64,000 nt of DNA from an uncultured virus (IMG/VR IMGVR_UViG_3300031707_003496) (IMGVR_UViG_3300031707_003496); one strand, 5' to 3'; positions 28,880 through 40,440 are shown, counted from the stretch's first letter. Numbers and translations are program-made. The notes: generated by a model from the sequence alone, not told the origin.

Positions 28880-29429
28880 ACACTTCCAAAGGTTTGTGTA
28901 ATTTTCTAATCTTCATAGATCGGGAGTGTTCTTTTTTATGACAGTCATAACACACTGTTTTCAGATTCGATAACTCATTTGATCCACCGTCTTTTATCTG
29001 GATGATGTGATGTGCTTCCGGGGGTTTGATTCCTTTCTTTAAATATTCAGTAATATCGACACCACATGTTTGACATTTATAATTATCCCGCTCAAAGCAT
29101 TCGTCTCGGATCTTCCACCAGAAGAATATAGGTCGAATGCCTTTTGCTACCTTTTCTTTTTCATACGTGTGATGTGCCCACGCCCCATTTAATTTCTTAT
29201 TGCATTCCGGCGAACATGACTTCCATCCTCGTTTTGCTCTCCCCCCAGTAATCTGATTTCCACAATATTCACAAAGTTCAAACGATAATGTTTTATATCG
29301 AATGCAGGGTACACGAACCCAATCCCCAAATGCAATCAGTTTCTTCTCTATCCGTAATTTGTCGGTTGCTTCCCAATCTATTTCCGTTGTTTGATATGGG
29401 ACGTTTATTCCGAAAATTATCTTTGTCAT
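28878..29429 (-). CDS. HNH endonuclease
   Basis: RDECFERDNYKCQTCG..EAHHIIQIKDGGSNELSNLKTVCYDCH. Confidence 0.9.
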   Translation of the reverse strand: MTKIIFGINVPYQTTEIDWEATDKLRIEKKLIAFGDWVRVPCIRYKTLSFELCEYCGNQITGGRAKRGWKSCSPECNKKLNGAWAHHTYEKEKVAKGIRPIFFWWKIRDECFERDNYKCQTCGVDITEYLKKGIKPPEAHHIIQIKDGGSNELSNLKTVCYDCHKKEHSRSMKIRKLHKPLEV

Positions 29430-29586
29430 TTCCTCACAACCGGGTGGATCTGTTGATAGGTATGGATATCCCGCATAAACATTTTTACGGTAGTATTGCA
29501 ATCCGTTCCGTTATAGATCATACTGCCGGGGTTGGGATGACCCACAACTTCATTCCCGACTTTCAGGTTCTCGACAAACGATTCGT
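29424..29586. repeat. 163-bp inverted repeat copy (pair at 44358-44520)
   Basis: Encodes the shared ESFVENLKVGNEVVGHP...QIHP.VRK. Confidence 0.9.
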
Positions 29587-29779
29587 AATCCGTGCCACCT
29601 AACCAATATAACTGGCACGTCCCATTCGGTAACTTGGTAACGTTTACCGCCATGAAATGCCCTTCTCCGGAACGGGATTTCGGTAACTGTATCCAGATGC
29701 CGATAATAAGGATAAGGATGAGTGCAGCATAATAAACCTTCAGATTGTTATCCGTGTTCCCACCCAGTTCTTCTATCAA
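29426..29779 (-). CDS. membrane-anchored small beta protein
   Basis: N-terminal TM; start uncertain. Confidence 0.5.
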   Translation of the reverse strand: MIEELGGNTDNNLKVYYAALILILIIGIWIQLPKSRSGEGHFMAVNVTKLPNGTCQLYWLGGTDYESFVENLKVGNEVVGHPNPGSMIYNGTDCNTTVKMFMRDIHTYQQIHPVVRK

Positions 29780-30221
29780 GATAAAAGGATCGCATCACAC
29801 ATTCATTTTCTCCAAATACAACTAATGCTAAAGGTTGTGGTAATCCGTGAATGCATCCTTTAAATTTTGGTCTTCCACAAATAAACCATATCTCTCCTTT
29901 CATGCACCATTCATGCCACCAGTTAGTGTTTGTTCTTGCAGGAACTAGACAAACGGTTGTTGCTCTATATCTTTCATCAAATGCTTTTTTAATAAATTTT
30001 TTCATATCTTTATATGGGGGGTTCATCCAGTTTACTCCATCCCATTTCTTATCAAGACATGAATTTTCTTCGGAGAAATAATGAATGCATTTTGCATTAT
30101 CTTTCGATGCACATACATCTCTTGTGAAATGAAAAATACTGTCTATTTTTTTAAATAAATCGTCTGGAGTTTCCCATGATTGGTTTGTACTCTTAAATCG
30201 GTTGTTATCAAAATCACCCAT
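29748..30221 (-). CDS. phage-type DNA N6-adenine methyltransferase (Dam_2/PF05869-like)
   Basis: WETP..F..DVCAS..NAKC, WMNPPY, LVPARTNTNWWH. Confidence 0.9.
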   Translation of the reverse strand: MGDFDNNRFKSTNQSWETPDDLFKKIDSIFHFTRDVCASKDNAKCIHYFSEENSCLDKKWDGVNWMNPPYKDMKKFIKKAFDERYRATTVCLVPARTNTNWWHEWCMKGEIWFICGRPKFKGCIHGLPQPLALVVFGENECVMRSFYLDRRTGWEHG

Positions 30222-30468
30222 GCGGTAATCCCTCCGGTTTGGTTATTTCTCTTACCGTCGGTTCATCTTTCACTTCCGGCACAGATATCTGGCTGCCTAA
30301 CCCAATCCCGAACCCGACAATATCTTCCCAGGTAATTAACCGGACGATATCTCTCTCTAAGTAATGGATTAAGATGCCGTCATCTAAGATCCCATACGCT
30401 ACACATTCTCCTGCGATGATATCCTTTACCGGGAGTTCCAGTACTTTGTCTACTGGGATGTCGATCAT
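30214..30468 (-). CDS. hypothetical protein
   Basis: Coupled ORF. Confidence 0.5.
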   Translation of the reverse strand: MIDIPVDKVLELPVKDIIAGECVAYGILDDGILIHYLERDIVRLITWEDIVGFGIGLGSQISVPEVKDEPTVREITKPEGLPHG

Positions 30469-30623
30469 TTCTTTCTCCTAATGAATCCCCATATGAGGTT
30501 TGTAATCTCCCGGAATCCGAAACCAAATACTATCCCGGTTATCCATGCCGTCATCATAAACATCATGCCACCCACGGCGATTATTGCAGGACAATTACAA
30601 ACGCATGGTGCAGTAAAGAGTGA

Positions 30624-31223
30624 TCATACCAACACTCCCCACTCATTCAGGTATTTTGTTCTCATCAGTTCGATCTCTACCTTAGGGAATCCCAATCCCA
30701 AATAGTTATTCACAATGGTATCCCCACTATGACCCATACTTGCCTGGATATACGCCTGTTTTTCTGGATAACAGGCAATCAGCCACGACACCAATGTTTT
30801 CCGAAACATCTTCGGATTGATCCCCTCAGTACCTATTCCAGCGAGTATAGCATAGCGAATCAAGGCATCTCGGAACGCAACCCTTTTTGGTATCATCTCA
30901 TAGGCAAATACTTCTTTACCTTTATGTTTAATCCTCTCAGATATCAACCGATCAAAGGCATCACACCCTGGGAGCGAGAGGGTAACGGTCCTATCCTTAT
31001 ATTCACATTTCTCTTTAAGGCAGGCACCTTTCGGCAATCGTATTACCCGGGTACTTGCACGATACCACGATGGCTGGAACCGTGATAATTCAATCGGTCG
31101 CATACCAGATAACAGTGAGGCATCGCATATGATCTGGTAATACAAAGGCATCTGTTCACGGAGTTTCACATAATCGGATGGAAAGAGTACTCGAGCACCT
31201 TGTTTCAGGATCACATCAGTCAT
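30624..31223 (-). CDS. minimal tyrosine recombinase (catalytic domain only)
   Basis: SGMRPIEL (Arg I), PKMFRKT (KxxR in place of HxxR), MGHS...NNYL (His, Tyr). Confidence 0.8.
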   Translation of the reverse strand: MTDVILKQGARVLFPSDYVKLREQMPLYYQIICDASLLSGMRPIELSRFQPSWYRASTRVIRLPKGACLKEKCEYKDRTVTLSLPGCDAFDRLISERIKHKGKEVFAYEMIPKRVAFRDALIRYAILAGIGTEGINPKMFRKTLVSWLIACYPEKQAYIQASMGHSGDTIVNNYLGLGFPKVEIELMRTKYLNEWGVLV

Positions 31224-31337
31224 ACGAACTATAATTGGTAGTCGTTCGTATTAAACCTTTTCATTTGGTTCGTATTTAGATTTTTAATAACTTTCACGTC
31301 ATAATACGAACGGGAAGTAGTAGAGGTTCGTGCGAAC
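31222..31337. promoter_or_regulatory. two ACGAAC-N14-GTTCGT palindromes plus extra half-sites upstream of the recombinase
   Basis: Arms at 31224/31244 and 31306/31326; extra GTTCGTA at 31268. Confidence 0.6.
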
Positions 31338-31388
31338 AATAATAAAAAAGTTGGTTCTTAAAATGGCATCTCCTTTGCCAAAACTCAC

Positions 31389-32028
31389 ATGCCTTGGTAT
31401 GATTGGATACCCGCTACTGAAAAAACAAGATGCCTGAAAAAAGAGAATTACTTTACCACAAACTTCCGCCGTCCCAACCCCCGGCAGTTTTCCCCTTCCG
31501 TTTCCTCCCCGGTCTTGGGGGGTCCATATTGGTTGGTCCAAAGGCATACCCCGTTTTCATCTTGTGCCTTGTTCTGTTCCGATTTGCGGCTTCATCAAAG
31601 TCAATCATAATGCCTTACACCCTCTTTGCCTTAGAACGATCTGATCTATTCCGGCGATTTTCAAAATACGGTTCCCCACCAGGCCCCCATGCATTCGGAG
31701 CTCGGGAGATTCGCATACCTGGCGCCATTGCCGGCGGGTGAATATGCCTATCCGGTGCCAAGTGGGTGTGCCCGGTCTGATGGTTCACCCGCCTTATGAC
31801 CTTACCTTGTTTTCGTGCTGCCATACTGCATACTATAATGCCTGATATAGATAAAACTTTCTATGGAATGCCTTACGCAGGCATACCGGAATGCCTGATC
31901 CGTCCCTACCGCCCACTTCCCGCCCGCTCGAGCCAGACATCCTGGATAAATTCCCGGAAAAAATTTCAAAAAATTCCGGAATGCCTGTTCCTGGAAATGC
32001 CTTATACGTAGTAGTAAGTGAAATGCCT
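31389..32028. repeat. cluster of ATGCCT hexamers
   Basis: 10 ATGCCT plus 2 AGGCAT in about 640 bp. Confidence 0.75.
31615..31824 (-). CDS. small basic protein, possible nucleic-acid binding
   Basis: PGMRIS...YFENRRNRSD; R/K/H-rich; TATA-like box upstream. Confidence 0.55.
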   Translation of the reverse strand: MAARKQGKVIRRVNHQTGHTHLAPDRHIHPPAMAPGMRISRAPNAWGPGGEPYFENRRNRSDRSKAKRV

Positions 32029-32784
32029 GATCACGTACGCACTATCTAAAAGAGCGGTTCTTTTTTCCGGGTCGGGTCCGCAGCCTGAGAAAATTTCACG
32101 GAAAAAATTTAAAAAAAGTCTGGTCTTATGGTCCTCCAGGGATCCACAAAAAAATAAAAATTTTTAAAATTTTTTCAAAAACACGGTCCCTTATGAAGCC
32201 ATATTTAGATAGTGCTTTGTTGCGCTGCATTGCGCTGCATATGATCTAACAAGGATCACGATCATTGTGTAAAGATGTTAAGTGATTGGTGATGTATGTT
32301 AACATTCATGCAGTATGTTGTTTTGGATTTACGATAACCACATTGTAGTAATTGTGGTATTTGGATATATACGCGCTGACATTAATAATAAGTAATATAC
32401 GTGTGTTTGTGGTAATTGACCACAAATATTTTTTTAGCGCTAAAAACATGATAACTTAACTTTTTTGCACTTTGATAAAATACAATTAGTCCGATAAAAA
32501 TCCCTAAGGAAAAATCGACTTTTTCAAACATTCATAGTGTTTTATACAAATATGGTATAGGCTATCCTGGCAGCCCGTGCGGTGCGGTAGGTGTATGCAG
32601 ATAACCTATTAGATAGTGTGTTTTTGCGCGCTTTATGTGTGGTATATAGTATTGTATATGAAAATATGAGCATATTACAGGTATTGAATACTTGGTATAT
32701 GTTTGTAATTGTATATAATTAAGAAAGTTTAAATACCCTAATTGAGATAATAGAGAGTATACAAAAAACAGAGAGGTTAGAAAG
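31945..32784. other. divergent non-coding region with A/T tracts; candidate origin or packaging/terminus region
   Basis: Gene orientation switches here; repeated AAAAATTT tracts; tandem TGCGCTGCAT at 32221; AT-rich. Confidence 0.5.
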
Positions 32785-33177
32785 ATGGTAAACAATGTTG
32801 AAATGTTTGAAGGAACGTATAAGGATATCTGGTCATTATGTGTTAAATATCCTGAGCTGAATAACTATTGGAAAAAGAACGTACATAAGGTTAGTGTACC
32901 TGTAATACACTATACGATTGCATATGACTCTATTAATGAAATTCTTTTAGAACTGTTGGGTATTGGTGCAATCTCACAACTAGAAGAGGATAGATTAAGG
33001 AATAATCTTTTTGAGTGTGGTTACGTTCAAAAAACCTACGGGAATATTTCAAAAAATCAAAAGAAAGAAATTACAAAAACAAAAAACATAAAGAACATTA
33101 TTAATTCAAACGGTTTTATATTCATTGAAACGGTGCCACCTAAAGACTTATCAAAAATTATAATCTTAGAAAAATAA
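32785..33177 (+). CDS. first early gene, hypothetical
   Basis: TTTAAATA box, RBS GAGGT, T-run terminator. Confidence 0.6.
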   Translation: MVNNVEMFEGTYKDIWSLCVKYPELNNYWKKNVHKVSVPVIHYTIAYDSINEILLELLGIGAISQLEEDRLRNNLFECGYVQKTYGNISKNQKKEITKTKNIKNIINSNGFIFIETVPPKDLSKIIILEK

Positions 33178-33491
33178 CCCTTTTTCATATCAGCGAATAC
33201 CGGTTCAATCCGGATAAGGGTATAACTCCTTTCAAGTAAGGAGTTAAAAGGTAAGGTGTAAAAAAATGCAAGTAACAAAAAAGGATTATGAAGACTGGCT
33301 GAATGAACTCGGTACCCCATCAGAAGATACCCGCTCTTATGGTGGAAGAATACCGGATAATTCAAAGTATGGATCATGGATGCGAAGAAACGATCCGATC
33401 GCCTTTAATGTAGGTTTCCGAGAATTTCAACAGATGGAAGAGAGGAGATAACTTCGCAGAATACATATTCTGCGCTAAAGTATTATTTGAG

Positions 33492-33791
33492 GTGGAAAAA
33501 ATGACCGAAGAAGAAAAAGGATATAATGGGTGGAAAAACTACGAAACATGGTTAGTTGCGTTATGGATTGATAACGAACAATCATCATACTCATATGCAC
33601 GGGAATTAAAAGATCAGGTTAAGGATAACGAACATGCACGTTATGATCTTAGCCATGCACTAAAAGAGTGGATCGAATCTGATAACCCACTTAATGATGA
33701 TGCAAGCCTATTCACTGATCTTTTAAACGCTGCACTATCTGATGTTGACTGGTATGAAATTGCAGAAAACTATCTTAATGAGAAGGAATAA
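33492..33791 (+). CDS. phage early-region protein of the YNGWxNYETW type
   Basis: GYNGWKNYETWLVALWIDNE...VDWYEIAE. Confidence 0.7.
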   Translation: MEKMTEEEKGYNGWKNYETWLVALWIDNEQSSYSYARELKDQVKDNEHARYDLSHALKEWIESDNPLNDDASLFTDLLNAALSDVDWYEIAENYLNEKE

Positions 33792-33930
33792 TCATGTTTC
33801 CTCAGTGGGTAATAGATGAATTAACCAGGAAGGAAAACAGAGAAATTATTTTCTCTATTCCTAAAGGTTATCAGGATAAAGCAAGGATAAGGGAATTAAT
33901 ACACGATCATGTATTATGGGTGGGATAATC

Positions 33931-34659
33931 ATGGCTCTTTTTGGAGTAATAAGAGAATTACCAGGTTCATCTAATCCTTTTGTTTTTGCCATATGTGAGA
34001 CTGAAGAAAGAGCCGGTAATATGGTAGTGGTGGAAAGTGCTAAGACTAATCATAAAGATGATCTATTTTGGGTCCAAAAAATAAATGACGAATCTAAAAT
34101 AGGTGATGATCTTATTGCAGCGGGAATTTTACCCAAAAAACCCATTGATCATTATTCTAATAAAACAGGTTCCCCCGGTTTTCACGGCAAATATGATCAT
34201 AAGACTGGTACGAATAAACCATCAGAACGATCGGGAAATTGGAGATATACTCCATTAGTCTTAGGTTGGACCGTTAAAAGATCATCAGGAGAATTAAAAG
34301 GCAATGTCTCATACTCCAGGATAAGCTCAGATATGGAAATACCAGATCCTGACAACTACGAAATTAAACATAAGATCACGATCGATAAGGATTTTTTCGT
34401 TAGTCTTAACGATCATCATATAGCCATGGCTCCATTGAAAAAGACTAAAGCGTTTAAAGAGAAATTTTGTAAGGCTATAGTATGGTCTTTAATGAATGAT
34501 TCTGAATGCTTAAAGGATAAGCTGAGGGAAATATCAGGTAACCAGGATAAACCGATCGTAGTGGTTGAAACAATACTGGAAATACCTGCGCAGGTAAAAC
34601 CGGCCGGTTTTATTCCCTGGTTGAATTTAACAATCACTGAAGAAAGGTGTACAGCATGA
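33931..34659 (+). CDS. hypothetical early protein
   Basis: Long ORF in the co-oriented block. Confidence 0.55.
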   Translation: MALFGVIRELPGSSNPFVFAICETEERAGNMVVVESAKTNHKDDLFWVQKINDESKIGDDLIAAGILPKKPIDHYSNKTGSPGFHGKYDHKTGTNKPSERSGNWRYTPLVLGWTVKRSSGELKGNVSYSRISSDMEIPDPDNYEIKHKITIDKDFFVSLNDHHIAMAPLKKTKAFKEKFCKAIVWSLMNDSECLKDKLREISGNQDKPIVVVETILEIPAQVKPAGFIPWLNLTITEERCTA

Positions 34660-35117
34660 TAACCACATATCAGGATAAACCAGACTGGTTTATTGAAGGT
34701 TGGTTTGAACCAACGAACGAAATAGAGCTTAAAGACTGGTCACGGTTTGTTAAGAATATGAATCAAAAAGAACAAAGGAGACTCTAAATTATGGCTATAT
34801 TTTACCAGGAATATTTAGATCAATTATCCCCAAAAAGCATTAAGGCATTTTGCAAAAAGTGTACCTCTTATGGGGATTGTGATCTAACGAATGGCTCAGG
34901 ATCATCTAATGCTATACACTGGTTTGAGGAGTGCGAAGAATTGCAAGCGTATTTCTAAAAGACTATTGCACTAATCCCCTTATCCCCTTTTATCAGAAAG
35001 GATATTCGGCCCGTAACCAGGATAAGGATTTTACCGGCAAAAAATTTCAGGAAAAATTCTGGAATTTTGGCAATCCGGTAATAGTTGAGCTAGTTAAGAA
35101 AGTAGGTGTAAAGAAGT

Positions 35118-38100
35118 ATGCAAAAAACCGTAATAGAAATTAAAGAGACTAACGGTAATATTTACCGAATCTCTCAAAAAGGAACGTATAAGTTTCTTCA
35201 TGAAATGCCTGAGGGAAAAGGAACGTCCGGAAAATGTCCGGCATGTTTTCAATACCAGATATTAACCCATATGGTTAAAATGGAGCCTGAGCGGTTTATC
35301 ATAAACCAGGATAACGGCAAACAGATTTTAGGGGTTAGTCACATGCCGGTTAATACTAGAGACTGGATTATACGATTAGGCCAGATATGTAAATTCGATC
35401 GTGAATGGGATATCGATCGATGTGAGAGAGAAATATCAGAAACACAAAGGACCGTTGACTATGATATCGAACATGGAATAAATACGTCCTTCATGGGTCA
35501 ACCCTCAGGAGAAAACATAGAGAGGATATACTGAGGTGGATATCAATGTATAAACTTCTATCAATTCAACCAGGGTATAACGGCAAACCGTGGTACTATG
35601 TTGGGAATGATACAACGTATCATCAGGCATGGCCGGTATGTGTATTTGAGAACGCTGAGCTAGCTCAGGCATTCATCAACGAAAAGAATAGTTAAAGAGG
35701 TGTAAGGCATTATGTCATGGATGTGTCACACAGGTCATATGTCAAAGAAGGGACAACAGGATATGATCGTATGGTTAAAAAACAAAAATCCGAGAAAGTA
35801 CAATGATAAAACCATCATAGCGGTTGAAAAATATATAGGATTAGATTCATATGAGAATGCCTTAAACTGGCAGGTGTGGATCAACGTATGACATGGACGT
35901 GTCCTTTATGTGGCTTTGAGAATATGAAAGAACCTCTCAATTCCAGGCATAAACCAAAATGCAATAGATGTAATGAGGATATGAAAACTGTAGAAGAGGT
36001 ACAGGACCAGATCAATGAACTAAGGGGAGATAATCAAGAGATCATCCAGTCTGAGATCAACCGGCTTAACCGGTCGAAAGAAGAAATAGAATCCTTAAAA
36101 ACAGAACTCTCTTGGGCACAAGAGGCATTTGACAATTCTGCAAAAATCATATCTGATGCACGAAAAGAATTAAAACGCCTAGACAACACTCGGATATTCC
36201 GGGATATCGATCGGGAAACAAAGGTGCAGTCTGATGAAAAACAAAAGAAAATCATTGAGGTAATAACATGATCAACCAGAAACACTTATCAGAACTATAC
36301 CGGGCAATGACCGGCAGCACGGTACACCAGGTTAAGGCATTACCGATAGTCCAGGAACCACGATGGCAACGATCACGGATAACAGAATATGCGTTTATGC
36401 AAGAGGTGAACTGAAATGAAACCAGAAAAGATGAAATGCGAGTGTTGCAAGAAACACGAGCACCAGTGGGTATTGACTGATACCTTAGATAACAGCGTAT
36501 CGTATTTTGTATGCAGTAATTGTCTACCGGCATTAGTGGAGTATAACCTATCCAGGAAGCAATTTGGTAACCTGATAAAATCCGGGCATTCGATGGGTGA
36601 GTTTTTACTGCACGAAGACTTCTATGATGAAGACGGAACCGCGTTACAACCATCAATCAGTAATGGAAATTTCAGGTGAGTGAGTATGCAGATTAAATCC
36701 TGTAAAATAATCTATCATAGAAATGGGGTACAGGGAGAACCGTTCTATGCAGTATCATTCACCCATGAACACGACATCCTAATCGCAACGGTCACCGGAG
36801 AAAAAGGCGGGTGTCATGTAATTAATCCGGGAAATCTTGGTATGTGTTATCGCGGGGATACTTTTGAGAAGGCATTACGGGGGGAGATTATTCTCTGGTA
36901 TTCACATGAATTTAAGGTTAATCTTAAACGTGCTATGGAAGAACTGAACGACGGATTGACCGAGAAGGTGTATTAAGAATGCCCGACACTGATGACAAGG
37001 ACTGGACCTGCAAGCACTTATGGGAAGGTGAGTGTTGGCGGCATTTCAAACCGTTGAGATGCGGATATGAAACGTTAGTACAGAAACAGAAATGCAAAGA
37101 GTTTAAGGAGAAGATGAAATGGTAGCAAACATAATTGATGCTGAAGAAGTGAACAAGGCATTACAGATCATTGCCAGTATTAAAGAAGTGCCGAACCCGG
37201 CCTATAAGAAAGCGGTGAGGGACCGTAAGGCATTCTCGCCACAACCGGGAAGTATCCACGTATCGGACAAACCGATCCAACCTTCATTAGCGGTACAGAT
37301 GCAGCAACGGGAGAAGCGGTATACCTTAGAGATATTAACGAAGGTCTGCGATATCTGTGAGTATTGTCCGGAGTGTGAGAATTGCGCCTGGAGCTGTGAA
37401 GTCAAGGCGATTGACCGGTGCGAAAGAGTAAAGAGGAATCTCGTCTATATAGGAGTGATTGAACGATGACCAAACTTCAGAAGATAAACGAGTTTACCGG
37501 AATACTAGAAGATGCATATCCGAACCTGATTATTGTTGGCGGGAAGAACATTGCTATACCGATTGACAAACAACCCTTGGTAAAGAACATGAACCTTAAG
37601 GTTGGCGATACAATTCATATCCGGTATGATGACCGGGGATATCTCCTGAGTGCAGAACTAAAAGAGAAAGGCAAACCAAAAGTAATAACGGAGCAGGACA
37701 AGAAAGTGATTGAGGAGTCTATAGAGAAGCACATAGAAGCGTTGACGCAAGTGACAGGGTCCCCGGAATTGGCAAAACCAATGACGGTGAAAGAGTATGT
37801 GTCTTTACGGGAACGGGCGATATTCCTGAGAACCTGTTATATGGAGTGTTGTGCAACCGTGCGGGAACTGATTATGTTACCGAATGAATGCCTGAGTGAA
37901 GAGGAGTTCAACCGGGTAATGGACATTGCCCTGACAAGAGCGAAGAAGGACGCAATAGCGCTGATTGTAGCGGCGGGTGACTCGAAATGATCCATAGACC
38001 TGATGACCAGGTATTAGATTATTTCTCGTATCAGTGCCGGGTTGGGAAATGCCTGACGGACGTTGAGAAGTTCCAGAACGGATACCAGTACTGGTTATCC

Positions 38101-39081
38101 CGGAAAGACGGGGTGGTTGATAGATGACGGAACACGGACATCATAAAGGATATGTAGCCCGGGTAGCGTGGAGTAAACGGAACACGTTAGTCCGGGCGGG
38201 GAAAGCGTCGTGGTGGATGCCGTTACGAACGATTGAAGAAGCAGTCAAGGCGGCAGGACTATGAAACCACAGACTATTATCTTAGTAGCCGGATGCGGGA
38301 TGGGATTTGTATTAGCTTTCCTATTCTTATTATATCTGGGAGGTACGCATTAACATGACAGCAGGACAAGCGAAGACAAGATATCATGTAACATTACGGA
38401 AATGCACCGAAGGAGAAATGCCGGTAATAACACCGTGCGACATCGGCAAGGACAAGTATGACATCATCCAGGGGCTTATCCACGAACGGTATGGGATTAA
38501 GCTGAACGGAGACGGAGAACGGATAATGCGGAAAGGCGGGGGACGGAAATGATTGGACTTGATATCGTATTGATAGGACTGTTTATTCTGGCGAACCTGG
38601 TGTTAGTCGGGACAGCCTTCTATGTACTCTGCCGGACAGTATTCCGTCCGTTTGAATCTGACAAAATGTACTGGCATAGCCAGATGCGGTATGGGGGTGA
38701 GTAGATGAACCCTATTAGAAATAAGAAGACCGGGCAGTTTGTCAGTATGAAGGATGCCGGTAAGAAAGAACTCGAGATTGCGATACGGTTATTTAACGAA
38801 ACGGAACCGGAATCTTCGCAAGAGAAAGATGCCTTAACAGATATCCGGTCAGCAGCAGAGTTAATATTAATATTAGTAGCAACGATAGGGATTCTTATGT
38901 GGATATATTTCAGGATGGTGGGGGTATGACCCGGCAACGCAGACAGTTATTGAACCTGTTCCAGGCAAACACTGGTCGGACGACAATACGAGTACCGAGA
39001 ATGGACCCGAGTCTTCCGGAATTGCACGGATATCAACCTCCGAGAGTATTCAAGTTCAAGTGGCAGGGGAAGGTGGATTGA
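35118..39081 (+). other. block of small co-oriented early/host-takeover ORFs (35118, 35887, 36416, 36680, 37119, 37466, 38355, 38705 and others), many Cys-rich
   Basis: Tightly packed + strand ORFs with GAGG/GGTG RBS; 37466-37990 may begin with an OB-fold. Confidence 0.6.
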
Positions 39082-39240
39082 GGTGTGCGACAAAGCGTGT
39101 TTCCGTTCCGGTCACGAACCGGATGAAGATGTGCGGCCACGTAGTCCGGATGAGCTGTTTGAACTAGCTCAGAAGAAACAGGCCAACCGGGAGAAGAAAA
39201 CCAAAACCAACGGTACGAAATGGCAGGGGGATTATCTCAG

Positions 39241-39882
39241 ATGAATGAATTTATTGCCTATGGTGGTGGTGTAGGTTCAACAGCATTAATTATCAAAAAT
39301 CTAAAACTCATTAAAGAAGGAGAACTTGAAATAGTGTTTGTAAATCACGAATCGGATCTACCCGAGACGTATGAATATGTACGGAATATCCAACAGGAAT
39401 TAGATATTGATATTACAACGAAAAATACCGGTAACCTTTTTGATTTCTGTTGGCATCACAGAATCCTTCCTTCAATTCATTGGAGATGGTGTACTGATAA
39501 ATTCAAAATACGTCCTATGAAGAAATATGTCGGAAAAGATATTCCACAAATAGGATATACTTGGGACGAACGTAAACGAGCATTTGGATTCCCGGATTCA
39601 ATTTATCCATTAATTGATGGTGAGATAACACGAACCCAAGCATTACGAGAATTTAAAGGTATTAAAATTCCATGCAAATCTGGTTGCTTTTTCTGTCCAT
39701 ATCAGAACAAAGAAGCGTGGAGGCAATTATTTTTTAATCATCCATATTTGTTCTTAAAAGCATTATTATTAGAAGAACGGGCCAGAGAACGCAACCCAAA
39801 TATTTGGTTATATGAGGGATTATTAAAAAATTTGAATCGGGAATTTAAAGAACAACAAACTCTCATGGAATTGATGGTATAA
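39241..39882 (+). CDS. PAPS-reductase/PP-loop family protein
   Basis: AYGGGVGST PP-loop, LPETYEY, RWCTDKFKIRP, KSGCFFCPY. Confidence 0.8.
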   Translation: MNEFIAYGGGVGSTALIIKNLKLIKEGELEIVFVNHESDLPETYEYVRNIQQELDIDITTKNTGNLFDFCWHHRILPSIHWRWCTDKFKIRPMKKYVGKDIPQIGYTWDERKRAFGFPDSIYPLIDGEITRTQALREFKGIKIPCKSGCFFCPYQNKEAWRQLFFNHPYLFLKALLLEERARERNPNIWLYEGLLKNLNREFKEQQTLMELMV

Positions 39883-40440
39883 GATGACACAGGAACGCAA
39901 ACGAACGAAAATATCGTGTAGTAATTGTGGGAAGATATTTTCAATTCAGGATTCAGAATTGAAGAGAAGGATACGGGGCAGCTCGAACGGGCACCTGTTC
40001 CATTCAGCGAAATGTTTCCAGGAGTTTCAAAGAAAGAACAAGAGTAACAGCCATCCGGAATAAACTGCACCTCTCCTATATAAACCTGTTAACAATTTTT
40101 TCGTCGGAAGTTTCTGGTGTAATGTGATGGCTGTTAGCGATAGTTAATTGTTACCAGTAAAAGAAAATCCTCCCGTCCCTTGGTATAGGGAATCCGCTGG
40201 TCTGCGGAACAGGAGGGCAATATAAAAGGTGAGGACTGCAACTCACCAATAATACATACACAATTAAACTATTTAAATATTTATGAATTAATCAGAAATA
40301 ACATAGGGTGTAAAGTCACTTACTCCTGCCTCCTTTTGGTAAGTTGCCCGAGCGTTTCTTGTCCGATTGGTTTGTTAACTGTTCACTTTCGCACTACAAA
40401 CCACAACCTATAAATGTATTAAAGTCATATACTATATTAC

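Noticed and set aside
30465..30626. In-frame continuation after the recombinase TGA (possible Sec readthrough)
   Set aside because: The recombinase domain is complete before the stop, no SECIS is evident, and an internal ATG can start a separate small membrane peptide
31299..32011. Plus-strand ORFs starting MP...
   Set aside because: By-products of the ATGCCT repeat; no protein-like features
33190..33225. CCGGTTCAATCCGG resembles a tRNA T-arm
   Set aside because: No proper 5-bp T-stem in register and no acceptor, D or anticodon arms; just a small hairpin
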